64,000 nucleotides of DNA from Candidatus Hadarchaeales archaeon. Its GTDB lineage: Archaea; Hadarchaeota; Hadarchaeia; Hadarchaeales; Hadarchaeaceae. Shown here in pieces: positions 1 through 9,265 of this stretch (within the stretch, counting starts at the first letter, position 1; every line of letters begins with the position of its first letter). The stretch lies in the NCBI GenBank assembly GCA_038872135.1, contig JAVZGN010000001.1, positions 64,147 to 128,146 on the forward strand, given 5' to 3'. The position numbers and the translations under genes were made by a program. A model generated the notes under the pieces. It was given only the letters and a program-made list of their open reading frames with translations, was not told where the DNA came from and ran no database searches.

Positions 1-1995
1 GGAAAAGTTGAAGAGGTGGACGGCATGAAAACACTCCTGTTGACCTCCCCCCCAAGGAAAGTAGAGCTTCCCCTCCCCGAGCTCAACATCATGAGCTTTG
101 ACATAGAGGTTTACAACCCGGTGGGGACACCCAGGCCGGAAAAAGACCCAATCCTGATGATAAGCTTGGCAGATAACCATGGGCTGAGGAAGGTGATTAC
201 ATGGAAGGAGGGCGCGAAGCCATCATTTGTCGATATCGTTGGAAGCGAGAGGGAGATGGTAGAAAAATTCATGAAGATTCTGAAGGAAAGGAAGGTTGAC
301 ATCCTCCTCGGCTACAACACCGACTTTTTCGACTTCCCCTACCTGATCGAAAGAGCAAGACAGCTGAAGCTGGGCCCAATTTTTGGAAAAGGAGGGATCA
401 CAACTAGAAGGAGAAAATTTGCGACCGCTACAAAACTTAGATCAGCAGTTCACGTTGATCTCTTCGCTGCAGTAAACTTTCTCGCCACGATCGGGACGAT
501 TAGGTTGATCCACTACACCTTGGAAGATGTTTATCGCCACCTCCTCGGAAAAGAAAAACCAGATTTCGAGTTCACCAAGTTTGTGGAGGCCTGGGAGAAG
601 GGGGGGAAGCTCTGGCAGGACCTCCTAGACTACTCCCTCTCAGATGCAGTGGCCACCCTCGAGATCGGGCTGGAGATTCTTCCTCTTTTCATAGAGCTTT
701 CAAGGGCCGTCGGGCAGACCCTTTTTGATGTTACGAGGATGAGCCCCGGGCAGCTGGTGGAGTGGCTCCTCATCTCGAGCGCTCATAGATTCAGGGAGAT
801 GATCCCGGCCAGGCCAGTTGGAGAAGAGTTTGAGGAGAGGGCCATGGAAACCTACACCGGGGCCTATGTCATGGAGCCGGTGAAGGGCCTCCACGAGAAC
901 CTTGTGGTATTTGATTTCAGGTCCCTCTATCCATCAATAATTGTCACCCACAACATCGACCCCTCAACGCTCAATTGCGAGTGCTGCTCCCCCTCGGTAA
1001 AAGTCCCGGAACTTGGACATCACTTCTGCCAGAAGAATAGAGGGTTCATCCCAGCCACCCTTGAAGAAATCCTCAAGGAAAGGCTGGCGCTGAAAGAGGA
1101 GATGAAGAAACATAGAAAAGGCACCAAAGAGTACCAGTCCCTCTACACAAGGCAGTGGGCTTTCAAAATCCTCGCCAACTCCTTCTATGGAATGCTTGGC
1201 TATCCCAGGGCCCGCTGGTACTGCAAAGAGTGTGCGGAAAGCGTCACAAGTTTCGGCCGCCACTACATCCACCAGAGCATAAAGATGGCCGAGGACTTCG
1301 GCTTCAAGGTGATCTATGGAGATACAGATTCTCTTCACTGCAGGCTTGAGGGGAAATCGAAAGAGGATGCTCTCAAATTCCTGGCGGAGGTCAACAGGAA
1401 GCTTCCCGGAGCCCTGGAGCTTGAGCTGGAAGGGTTCTACCCCCGCGGCATCTTCATCACAAAAAAGCGATACGCCCTCATAGATGAGGAGGGAAGAATC
1501 ACTGTCAAAGGGCTGGAGTTCGTTAGGAGGGACTGGGCGGCAATAGCAAAGAAGACCCAGGAGGAGGTCCTCAAGGCCATTCTCAAAGATGGATCAAAGG
1601 AAAAGGCTGCTGAGATCATCCGCGAGACCACTAGAAAAATTTACGAGGGGAAGATAGACCTACAGGATCTCATCATCTACACCCAGCTGAAAATGCCAAT
1701 AGAAAGCTATCGCTCGGTGGGCCCCCATGTTGTCGCAGCGAAACGCTTGCGGAGCACAGGGCGGGAGGTGGAACCGGGGATGATGATCGCTTACGTGGAG
1801 GTGAGGGGGCCAGGGAGCATAAGCGAGAGGGCATATCCTGTGGAGCTATTGGAGGGAAAAAGCTACGACCCGGACTACTATGTCAACAATCAGGTTCTCC
1901 CTGCTGTGATGAGGATAATGGAGGTTCTCGGCTACCGGGAGGATGACCTGAAGTTTGAGAAGGAGAAGCAGGTTGGGCTTGACAGGTTCATGTGA
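1..1995 (+). CDS. polB: Family B DNA polymerase (PolB), 5'-partial; reading frame is open back to window position 1
   Basis: Exo I motif FDIEVY near the N-terminus, motif A DFRSLYPSII, motif B KILANSFYG, motif C YGDTDS. The N-terminal domain expected upstream of Exo I is absent, so the gene is truncated by the window edge. Confidence 0.9.
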   Translation, partial: GKVEEVDGMKTLLLTSPPRKVELPLPELNIMSFDIEVYNPVGTPRPEKDPILMISLADNHGLRKVITWKEGAKPSFVDIVGSEREMVEKFMKILKERKVDILLGYNTDFFDFPYLIERARQLKLGPIFGKGGITTRRRKFATATKLRSAVHVDLFAAVNFLATIGTIRLIHYTLEDVYRHLLGKEKPDFEFTKFVEAWEKGGKLWQDLLDYSLSDAVATLEIGLEILPLFIELSRAVGQTLFDVTRMSPGQLVEWLLISSAHRFREMIPARPVGEEFEERAMETYTGAYVMEPVKGLHENLVVFDFRSLYPSIIVTHNIDPSTLNCECCSPSVKVPELGHHFCQKNRGFIPATLEEILKERLALKEEMKKHRKGTKEYQSLYTRQWAFKILANSFYGMLGYPRARWYCKECAESVTSFGRHYIHQSIKMAEDFGFKVIYGDTDSLHCRLEGKSKEDALKFLAEVNRKLPGALELELEGFYPRGIFITKKRYALIDEEGRITVKGLEFVRRDWAAIAKKTQEEVLKAILKDGSKEKAAEIIRETTRKIYEGKIDLQDLIIYTQLKMPIESYRSVGPHVVAAKRLRSTGREVEPGMMIAYVEVRGPGSISERAYPVELLEGKSYDPDYYVNNQVLPAVMRIMEVLGYREDDLKFEKEKQVGLDRFM

Positions 1996-2392
1996 CGATT
2001 ATCCCTCCATCTCCGGTGATCGCCACCTCAAAGCTTTCTTTCGCCCTTCTCCCCTGAATCTTCTCCCCGGCCTTCTCGCGGATCTCGCTGATTATCCCAG
2101 GGATGCTTGCCTTCACTTTCACCCCTACTTCATCGGCCTTCTTCAGAAGCCTCCCAGGAATTTTCATTATATCCTCTCCCCTTGTGACTTTCACCCTCAC
2201 AGGGGCGGTGAGCTTCTTCGCCAGCGCAACCGTCTCCGCTGCTTTTGCAATGTTCGCTTTCGCCCGCCTCTCAAGGATGCAGACATTTGGGACGGTAGTT
2301 CCCAGGATTTCTGCTATCTCCCGCTTTGAGAGGCCCTTTGCCAGCAGGGTCAAAATCTTCTGCTGTTTTTTCGTCAGAAAAGTTTCTCCCAT
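1988..2392 (-). CDS. tfx: Tfx-family DNA-binding protein (HTH, LuxR/sigma-70 region 4-like)
   Basis: N-terminus FLTKKQQKILTLLAKGLSKREIAEILGTTVPNVCILERRA matches the archaeal Tfx N-terminal HTH. Start is probably the internal Met (MGETFL) rather than 2413. Confidence 0.7.
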   Translation of the reverse strand: MGETFLTKKQQKILTLLAKGLSKREIAEILGTTVPNVCILERRAKANIAKAAETVALAKKLTAPVRVKVTRGEDIMKIPGRLLKKADEVGVKVKASIPGIISEIREKAGEKIQGRRAKESFEVAITGDGGIIVT

Positions 2393-2437
2393 CACCCCAT
2401 TATTTAAATGCATCGATTAAACAATTTTGGCGGTGGC

Positions 2438-3331
2438 ATGCTGACCGAAGAAGAGCTTCAGAACTACAGGAGGGCCGGAAAAATCCTAGCCGAGATAAGA
2501 GAGGAGGTAAGGAAGGTTGTGAAGCCGGGAGTAAAACTTCTGGAGATAGCAGAGTTGGCGGAGAATCTGATTGTAGAGAAAGGGGCAAAGCCGGCATTTC
2601 CCTGCAATGTCTCCGTGAATGAGATAGCGGCGCACTACAGCCCACCGGCAGATGATGCCAGGGTGATAGAGGAGAACGACATGGTGAAAGTTGATTTGGG
2701 AGCCCACGTGGATGGCTACATTGCTGACACAGCTTTCACAGTTGCTTTTGGGGAGAAGCAGGAGATGGTTCAGGCTGTTGAAAAAGCCTTGGAGGCGGCT
2801 ATCTCTGTTGTGAAGCCGGGGGTAGATGTTGGGGAGATAGGAAAGGCTGTGGAGGAGGTTGCAGCTGCTTCCGGCTTCAAGCCCATAAAAAATCTCACAG
2901 GCCACAGCCTCGCCAGATGGGATCTCCACGCAGGGATAACAATCCCAAATGTCGGTGAAACTACAGGGCATATCCTCGCTGCCGGCGATGTCCTCGCCAT
3001 AGAGCCATTTCTCACCGATGGAGCAGGCTATGTTGACGATAAAAATGAAGCGCACATCTTCCGCTACCTCAGGGATGTTCCAGTTAGGCTGAGGATGTCT
3101 AGGGGGCTCCTGAGGGACATAAAGGAGAATTACCGGGGGCTCCCCTTTGCTGAAAGGTGGCTTGCGAAAAAAATGTCGAAGCTGAGGTTGGAGCTGACCC
3201 TGAAGGAGCTTGTTGGAAGCGGCGGCCTCTGGCCATATTACATCTTGGCGGAGAGGGCGGGAGGGAAGGTGGCGCAGGCTGAGCACACGGTGATAGTCAC
3301 AGAGAGTGGTGGCGAGGTTATCACGAGGTAG
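2438..3331 (+). CDS. map: Methionine aminopeptidase, type 2 (archaeal)
   Basis: Pita-bread fold signatures: metal-ligand context D..D..H..E..E, HYSPP, GHSLARWDLHAG, AQAEHTVIVT. Start probably at MLTEEE. Confidence 0.85.
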   Translation: MLTEEELQNYRRAGKILAEIREEVRKVVKPGVKLLEIAELAENLIVEKGAKPAFPCNVSVNEIAAHYSPPADDARVIEENDMVKVDLGAHVDGYIADTAFTVAFGEKQEMVQAVEKALEAAISVVKPGVDVGEIGKAVEEVAAASGFKPIKNLTGHSLARWDLHAGITIPNVGETTGHILAAGDVLAIEPFLTDGAGYVDDKNEAHIFRYLRDVPVRLRMSRGLLRDIKENYRGLPFAERWLAKKMSKLRLELTLKELVGSGGLWPYYILAERAGGKVAQAEHTVIVTESGGEVITR

Positions 3332-3334
3332 AAA

Positions 3335-4021
3335 TCATTTCTGGAGAACCATCATCGCATGATCCTTTTCATATGGATCGAGAATCTTTGTGTCAATTAT
3401 TTCCATTTCCTTCCCAAGCTTCTCCATCTCATCCCTGAAGATTTCCCTTGGCTCTTTTGTGACGTCGATTGCCCTAGCCTTCAGAGCCAGAATCGTGTGC
3501 CCCCCATCTTTTAGAAACATTTTCACATTTTCCAAGAGAATTTCCACCTGATTTGGCTGGGCGACATCCTGGTAGATGACGTCAACTTCATTTACAAGAG
3601 GGGAATAGCTTGATGGATCTCTAGCATCGGCCAGAATCGGGCACATGTTTTTCCTTTTGCTGCAAAGGAGCATGAGGTCATGAAGGGGCCTTGAAGAAAT
3701 CTCAACGCAGAAGATTTTTCCCAGAGATCCAGCCAGGTCACTCACAAAGCTTGCGGTTGTTCCACTGGCTGCTCCAAGGTAGAGGACGGTGACTCCTGAT
3801 TTTATCGGCACCTCCTCAAGACCTTTTAGGATGGCGGCCGCGAGTTTACTTCTATATGGGTCCCAGATCCTGTACTCCCCAGACTCATCTGAAAAAGTTT
3901 TTTCGTCGGCATATGCTTTGCACCCCGGGACGAGGCTTTTGGTTGCAAGCTTTTTTGTTTTATCCTCGAACTCTATCCAGAAGACATTTTCTATCTTTTC
4001 ATGGGGGATTACCCTTGGCAT
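3335..4021 (-). CDS. flpA: Fibrillarin, rRNA/tRNA 2'-O-methyltransferase
   Basis: VLYLGAASGTTASFVSD SAM-binding motif; full-length fibrillarin fold; immediately downstream of nop5. Confidence 0.9.
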   Translation of the reverse strand: MPRVIPHEKIENVFWIEFEDKTKKLATKSLVPGCKAYADEKTFSDESGEYRIWDPYRSKLAAAILKGLEEVPIKSGVTVLYLGAASGTTASFVSDLAGSLGKIFCVEISSRPLHDLMLLCSKRKNMCPILADARDPSSYSPLVNEVDVIYQDVAQPNQVEILLENVKMFLKDGGHTILALKARAIDVTKEPREIFRDEMEKLGKEMEIIDTKILDPYEKDHAMMVLQK

Positions 4022-4095
4022 TCGATTATAGAACTTCGCCCGATTTCATAAACCTTTCGGGAGTTTTTTCAGTCTCAGTTAAAGAATGACTTCCC

Positions 4096-5238
4096 CTATC
4101 TTCTCTCTCGGAGAATTTTGGCTATCTTGGACTTGAGCTCCGCTACAAGTCTATCCCCGGCATATGTTCCGGCCATTGCATCTATCCTCGCTGCTATCGC
4201 AATCTTTCCGGCCAGCGCTCGGGCAATTTTACCCCTGACATCCTTTGGGTTCCCTCTAATGTCCGGATACTGGTAAATCACCCCATGCTTTGGAGGTCTC
4301 GCTTTCCCCTTCATGGATCTGAAGAGGGCTTTTTCTGCCCCCAGAACCTGGATGGTGCTGGCAGGCAATTTTGAAAGCTTCTCCAGCCCACCCGCAAGAG
4401 AGATGAGTCTGGCTCCTATGGCCCCGCCGACCACAGCTTTTAAATTTGGGGCGATCTGGGCCATCACTCCATCGATATACTCTGCCAGCTCTCCTCTCAC
4501 TTCGTAGATATGGAGAATCTCTTTAGCGCAGGCGCTTAAGGTACCAACATCTATTTCATCAAGAGGTGCCCCAACCGACTTCTGGGCGGCATCAGAGATT
4601 TTTCTTGCATCCTCCTCCCCAACACCTGCAACATTCTGAATCATCGCCGGGGTAAACTTCTCCCTCTGTCCAAGTCCCTCCACAAGTTTCAGATATTTTA
4701 TGTGGTCTGGGACCAGCCTGTTGAGCTCCGGAAAGTGGAGAGAATACCATTCCCTCAGATGTCCGGTGAGAATGTTTATTGCTTTATCCATTTCATCGAG
4801 CAGGGATATAGTTTGAATGATGAGTTTATCCCTCTGGGTTGCCTCCTTCCTCAGCTTCAGCCTCGTGATGATCAAGTTCACCTCGCGCTGGAGGCTATCG
4901 ATTTCAGGATAGCCCATCTCCCTTGCAATCTTCTGGAGATTTTTTCTGAGGACGCTTCCAGCAACATTGGGGGCTTGAAATTTGAAGTGGAGGTTCGGGA
5001 ACTCCTTCTTTATCTGCTCTATTATTGCCCGCGATTCCAGCACTACCTCCTTCTCTCCGCGCTCGGCCACCTCCCTCACAAGCTCTCTGTGCTCATCCGT
5101 CGGCGTTCCCATCTGGATGGTCAGGAGCCTCCCAGCAACCTGTCCAGCATCTCTGGGGAACTGCTTCGAGGCCAAGAGATTCCCCGCTTCATCGAAGGCA
5201 AACACTCCCAGCACACACTCTGCTATGTGGACAGTCAT
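4096..5238 (-). CDS. nop5: Nop56/58 (Nop5) box C/D snoRNP protein
   Basis: Coiled-coil middle region plus C-terminal Nop domain (GAEKALFRSMKGKARPPKHGVIYQYP...AGKIAIAARIDAMAGTY); classic nop5-flpA pair. Confidence 0.9.
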   Translation of the reverse strand: MTVHIAECVLGVFAFDEAGNLLASKQFPRDAGQVAGRLLTIQMGTPTDEHRELVREVAERGEKEVVLESRAIIEQIKKEFPNLHFKFQAPNVAGSVLRKNLQKIAREMGYPEIDSLQREVNLIITRLKLRKEATQRDKLIIQTISLLDEMDKAINILTGHLREWYSLHFPELNRLVPDHIKYLKLVEGLGQREKFTPAMIQNVAGVGEEDARKISDAAQKSVGAPLDEIDVGTLSACAKEILHIYEVRGELAEYIDGVMAQIAPNLKAVVGGAIGARLISLAGGLEKLSKLPASTIQVLGAEKALFRSMKGKARPPKHGVIYQYPDIRGNPKDVRGKIARALAGKIAIAARIDAMAGTYAGDRLVAELKSKIAKILRERR

Positions 5239-5288
5239 CCTCCACCCATCTAAAATCTAACTTTCATGTTATAATCGTTGATGCCTCT

Positions 5289-6506
5289 TCACCGGAGGAG
5301 CCATGGATTTCCTATCCTGACCTTTTGAAGGCCCTCTTCCCTGCATATCTGGAGGAACTTTTCTGCATCATTTTTTCTCGTGAATGGCATGTCGTCCATG
5401 TAGTGGAGGGGGTGAAAGGCCAAGAGGGAATATGGGATGGTCGGGTCGAGATCAGCGATGAAGGAGGCTATCCCACGAATCTCTTCCTCATCAATGTAGC
5501 CCGGGACCAGAAGAGTGCTTGCTCTCGCCAAAGGAACCTCTGGTCTTTCCCCATGTCTTTTGGCCAGCCATTCAAAATTTTTGTAGGCAGCCCTGTGGGT
5601 GACTCCAGAGAGGGCGTAGAGGATTTCCGGGGACCAGCACTTCAGGTCCGCCTTTATTCCCCCGCCGCTTTCCAGTGCTATTTCTGTGAAGCGTTCGAGA
5701 AATCTTTTACTCATGCTCAGGTTTGTTTCGAGACAGCAGCGCAGAATTCTCTTTTCCTTTCCCGCCCTTTCTCTCATGAGCTCCGCTGAGGCAATAACAA
5801 ACTCCATCTGGCTTGAGGGATCTCCGCCAAAATAGCAGACGCACCTAACCCTCTCACCGGCTTTTTCCGCAAGCTCCTCCGAAGTCATCGCTGGTTTTTT
5901 CTCCACCGTTAAATCGCGGAAGCTGTAGTTCTGGCAGAAGAGACAGTTATAGGTGCAGCTCCCCAGAAAGACGGAAAGGTTGTAGAGGCCGATGTCTCCC
6001 CTTGGCGTCCTACACCACTTTGGATATCCCGCCCCGCCCGACCCAGCGCAGAATTCTGCCGGGACGCAGTTGGTCGGGATCGGATCGTAGTACCAGGAGA
6101 GGAGGCCAAGCTTTGATGTCCCGAATTTCCTAAGAAGCTTTCCATCCCGGTTTTCCACAAGCCCGCAGAATCCAACTCCTCCATCTGGAATCCTGCATGC
6201 GTTTCCACAGTCGGTGCAAACTTTGCCATCGGTTGCCCTCGGAGGCGCCGGCGGCAACCCATATCTTTTCATCACCTCCGCATGAGCCCTTTCAATAAAT
6301 GGTCTTGCATCTTCAAACCTTTCCTTCACGCAGGATGGGCAAACCTTCAAAGTTTCAGAAATCTCCTCAGATTCTTTGCCGCAAACCTCACATTTTGATC
6401 TCCATCCAGCCATCTGAGGGATAAACACCGCTAAAACATCTACACTGCTTCTAAAATGTTTGATGGCGGGAGGTGATTCTTGTATAAGCTGATCGCGGTG
6501 GTTCAT
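5289..6506 (-). CDS. Radical SAM protein, PflX/COG1313-like, with N-terminal Cys4 zinc ribbon
   Basis: CTYNCLFCQN (Cx3Cx2C) radical SAM cluster motif; N-terminal CEVCG...CPSC and CTDCGNAC cysteine pairs. Confidence 0.7.
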   Translation of the reverse strand: MNHRDQLIQESPPAIKHFRSSVDVLAVFIPQMAGWRSKCEVCGKESEEISETLKVCPSCVKERFEDARPFIERAHAEVMKRYGLPPAPPRATDGKVCTDCGNACRIPDGGVGFCGLVENRDGKLLRKFGTSKLGLLSWYYDPIPTNCVPAEFCAGSGGAGYPKWCRTPRGDIGLYNLSVFLGSCTYNCLFCQNYSFRDLTVEKKPAMTSEELAEKAGERVRCVCYFGGDPSSQMEFVIASAELMRERAGKEKRILRCCLETNLSMSKRFLERFTEIALESGGGIKADLKCWSPEILYALSGVTHRAAYKNFEWLAKRHGERPEVPLARASTLLVPGYIDEEEIRGIASFIADLDPTIPYSLLAFHPLHYMDDMPFTRKNDAEKFLQICREEGLQKVRIGNPWLLR

Positions 6507-6599
6507 TTTGTGGAATCGAAGATTTAAAAGTTGAGCCTATCCGAAAATGGAGACTATTAGCCACTTACCCAATAGTTTGCTATCTCTAAAAGAAGCAAT

Positions 6600-6983
6600 T
6601 TGCATGAAATCCCAAATCCTTATAAGCTATTGCCCCAACGCCTAATAGAGAAAATGAGTGAATTGGTTGATTCTCTCAAAAAAGTTCTTGAAACCGCCAG
6701 AGAGTGGGAAAGAAAGCCAACAACCATTCCTGGAATCTTCCTGATGAAACTTCCGGGATACAAAAAATCGCCACCGCGGCTGATAGTCGAGGTCAATCCC
6801 ACAGATTCCTACGGGAACCCGACCAAGAAGCGGGGATTGATCATCAGGGGTGCGGCCGACCTCGAGGAGTACAGGAAAATCCTCGCCAACAAAAAGATCG
6901 ACGAGCTTGTGGAGGCCCTCACCAAGGTCAACCCACCACTTGTCGAGCGGGGAAAGACCGGCGGAGAAGTCATAGAGATATAA
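6600..6983 (+). CDS. Hypothetical protein, no recognisable motif
   Basis: 127-aa ORF in an intergenic gap; start uncertain (alternative Met at MSELVD). Confidence 0.35.
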   Translation: MHEIPNPYKLLPQRLIEKMSELVDSLKKVLETAREWERKPTTIPGIFLMKLPGYKKSPPRLIVEVNPTDSYGNPTKKRGLIIRGAADLEEYRKILANKKIDELVEALTKVNPPLVERGKTGGEVIEI

Positions 6984-7122
6984 ACTGACGATTGCTAACC
7001 TGAGGTCTGTCTGATCGAAAGCTCCTTAGAGCTAGCCTCCTGGATCAGTATTGAGTACGAAACATCGGACGCAAGAATCCTTGGCGTTTACAATACACCC
7101 GACACATGTTGGATACACAGAA

Positions 7123-7187
7123 TAGGTGGCAAAAGCTTTATATTAGGTGCCAAAAATATACTATTAGGTGATTATAGGTGACAAAAG
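7123..7187. promoter_or_regulatory. Four phased direct repeats TAGGTG(N)CAAAA(G), a candidate operator/promoter upstream of the RHH regulator
   Basis: TAGGTGGCAAAAG at 7123, TAGGTGCCAAAAA at 7144, TAGGTGATTA at 7165, TAGGTGACAAAAG at 7175; spacings of 21, 21 and 10 bp (multiples of a helical turn); AT-rich TATA-like TTTATATTA between the repeats. Confidence 0.5.
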
Positions 7188-7216
7188 AAAAAAATCAGCC
7201 CCAGACGCCACCAGAG

Positions 7217-7474
7217 ATGGGAATTGAATACCGGGCAACCATTCGATTCCCGCGCAAAGATTACGAGTTCATGCAGAAAATGATTGAAGAGGGGGAATAC
7301 ACGAACATGACGGAGATAGTTAGAGAAGCCGTGAAGAGGCTGAGAAAGGAGGTGGAGGAGGCAAAGATGATGGAGAAGTATTTCTGTGCCCCTCCTTTCC
7401 CCCCATTCTGGCTTCGAAAAATGGCGTGGCGCAGGCACCTGAGGCTCCCCGATGAAGAGGCTGAACAAAAATGA
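7217..7474 (+). CDS. Ribbon-helix-helix (CopG/Arc/MetJ-like) transcriptional regulator
   Basis: EYTNMTEIVREAVKRLRKE is a typical RHH helix; start taken at the ATG (MGIEY) downstream of the repeat array; overlaps the ABC ATPase start by 4 nt. Confidence 0.55.
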   Translation: MGIEYRATIRFPRKDYEFMQKMIEEGEYTNMTEIVREAVKRLRKEVEEAKMMEKYFCAPPFPPFWLRKMAWRRHLRLPDEEAEQK

Positions 7475-8457
7475 AGCAGCTAGCGGTGGTAGCCGATAAT
7501 CTCACGAAGAGATATGGGGAGCTGGTGGCGGTCGATGGAGTCTCCCTGAAGATAAGGGAGGGGGAGTTCTTTGGGCTCCTTGGGCCAAACGGTGCGGGAA
7601 AAACTACTTTCGTTCACATGCTGACCACCATCCTTCCTCCCACCTCCGGCACCGCCAAAATCTTCGGCAGAGACATCTTGAAGGAAAGAGATGAAGTCAG
7701 AAAACTCATTGGCATAGTCTTTCAGGACCCATCTCTAGACAACCGCCTCACGGGAAGGGAAAATCTAGATTTCCACGGGCGGCTCTACGGGATGCCAAAA
7801 GCCGAGAGGAAAAGGAGAATAGACGAAGTTCTGGAGCTCCTGGAGCTGAAAAACCGGGCGGATGATCTTGTTCAGCACTACTCCGGTGGAATGAAGCGGA
7901 GGCTGGAGTTGGCAAGAGGCCTCATGCACCGTCCCAAGATAATGTTTCTCGATGAGCCAACTCTTGGTCTCGACGCTCAGACCAGGAGAGTGATCTGGGA
8001 CTACCTGGAAAGGCTAAACAGGGATGAAAAAATCACAATATTTCTCACCACCCACTACATAGAGGAAGCAGACTATCTTTGCGGGAGAGTGGGAATCATC
8101 GATCACGGGAGAATAATTGCCCTTGGGTCCCCCGGCTCGCTGAAAAACAAACTTCAGGGAGACATAGTTTTCCTGGAAGTTGCAGACCCCCAGCGGCACA
8201 TAGGAATTTTTCAGAAGATGAAAGCTGTGAAGGAGGCAAAAATCGTCGCCGGCAAACTCTACCTGAAAGTGAACAATGGAGAGAATGCTCTTCCAAGACT
8301 AATCGAAGCCGTTAGAAAAAATGGAGGAAATGTTCAGAGCGCCGGGATCAGCAGGCCAACCCTTGAGGATGTCTTCATAAAATATACCGGCCGCCAGATC
8401 AGGGAGGAGGAGCCGCGGGCAAAGGTGATGGGGCCCGGGATGCACGGGTGGAGATGA
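7471..8457 (+). CDS. ABC transporter ATP-binding protein (ABC-2 type)
   Basis: Walker A GPNGAGKTT, signature SGGMKRRLELA, Walker B IMFLDEPT, H-loop. Confidence 0.9.
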   Translation: MKQLAVVADNLTKRYGELVAVDGVSLKIREGEFFGLLGPNGAGKTTFVHMLTTILPPTSGTAKIFGRDILKERDEVRKLIGIVFQDPSLDNRLTGRENLDFHGRLYGMPKAERKRRIDEVLELLELKNRADDLVQHYSGGMKRRLELARGLMHRPKIMFLDEPTLGLDAQTRRVIWDYLERLNRDEKITIFLTTHYIEEADYLCGRVGIIDHGRIIALGSPGSLKNKLQGDIVFLEVADPQRHIGIFQKMKAVKEAKIVAGKLYLKVNNGENALPRLIEAVRKNGGNVQSAGISRPTLEDVFIKYTGRQIREEEPRAKVMGPGMHGWR

Positions 8458-9209
8458 TGAGGGGAGAGGCGATATACACTCTGTGGCTGCGGGAGATGAA
8501 GTGGTTTGTGCGTGCAAAGGCGAGAATCGCCCAAACAGTTTTCCAACCATTCCTCTGGCTTGCGATAGTTGGAATTGGGATGGGGTCGGCGTTTAAATTT
8601 CCCGGGAACTTCACCTACATCCAGTTTCTCGCCCCAGGAGTTATCGGGATGAGCCTGATATTCTCGTCAACGATGGGCGGCGTTTCCATCCTCTGGGACA
8701 AACAGTTTGGCTTCATGAAGGAGGTGCTGGTCTCACCAGTCTCTAGAACCCACATAATGATTGGAAAAGCGCTTGGGACAGTAACGGTTTCCATCATCCA
8801 GGGCTCTCTCCTGCTCCTTGCCGCAGGACTTCTGGGTGCATGGCCCCCGAGCATCTTTGCAGTTCTCCAGATACTGCTGTTCATGCTGCTCATCTCCCTC
8901 GCGTTCGTCAGCTTTGGGTTGATAATCGCCTCGAGGCTGGAGGACCCAATCGCCTTCCCGGTAGTGGTCAATTTTCTGATAATGCCCCTCTTCTTCCTCT
9001 CAGGTGCCATCTTCCCGCTCAGCGCCGCCCCGGAGTGGATGAGAGCCATTGGCCATGTCAATCCCCTCGCCTATGGTGTGGATGGGCTCCGAAACGCCAT
9101 GCTCGGTACATCTGAATATCCTCCGCTGGTGGATCTCGGCGTCCTCTCAATATTTTCCCTCTGTATGATCCTCTTAGGAGGATATTTATTCCAAAAGATG
9201 AAAGCCTGA
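8448..9209 (+). CDS. ABC-2 type transporter permease
   Basis: Six predicted TM helices; overlaps the ATPase gene by 10 nt; typical ABC-2 exporter pair. Confidence 0.8.
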   Translation: MEMMRGEAIYTLWLREMKWFVRAKARIAQTVFQPFLWLAIVGIGMGSAFKFPGNFTYIQFLAPGVIGMSLIFSSTMGGVSILWDKQFGFMKEVLVSPVSRTHIMIGKALGTVTVSIIQGSLLLLAAGLLGAWPPSIFAVLQILLFMLLISLAFVSFGLIIASRLEDPIAFPVVVNFLIMPLFFLSGAIFPLSAAPEWMRAIGHVNPLAYGVDGLRNAMLGTSEYPPLVDLGVLSIFSLCMILLGGYLFQKMKA

Positions 9210-9265
9210 GCCAGCATTTCCGCCCACGGGAGCATTAATAATCAGAAAATCAAAAACTCTTTTAG

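Noticed and set aside
1-1995. Intein within the PolB gene
   Set aside because: Motifs A, B and C are contiguous and normally spaced, and the visible region shows no extra ~400-aa insert.
2486-3286. 266-aa ORF on the minus strand
   Set aside because: It lies entirely antisense within the well-supported methionine aminopeptidase gene, and its sequence is low-complexity with no motifs. It is a typical spurious antisense ORF.
4702-5789. Plus-strand ORFs of 183, 92 and 254 aa
   Set aside because: They are antisense to nop5 and the radical SAM gene, and their composition is Pro/Ser-rich and low-complexity.
6984-7120. Possible box C/D sRNA in the gap upstream of the RHH gene
   Set aside because: CTGA-like D boxes are present (gtCTGAtcg), but no convincing RUGAUGA C box or terminal stem was found, so it is not supported.
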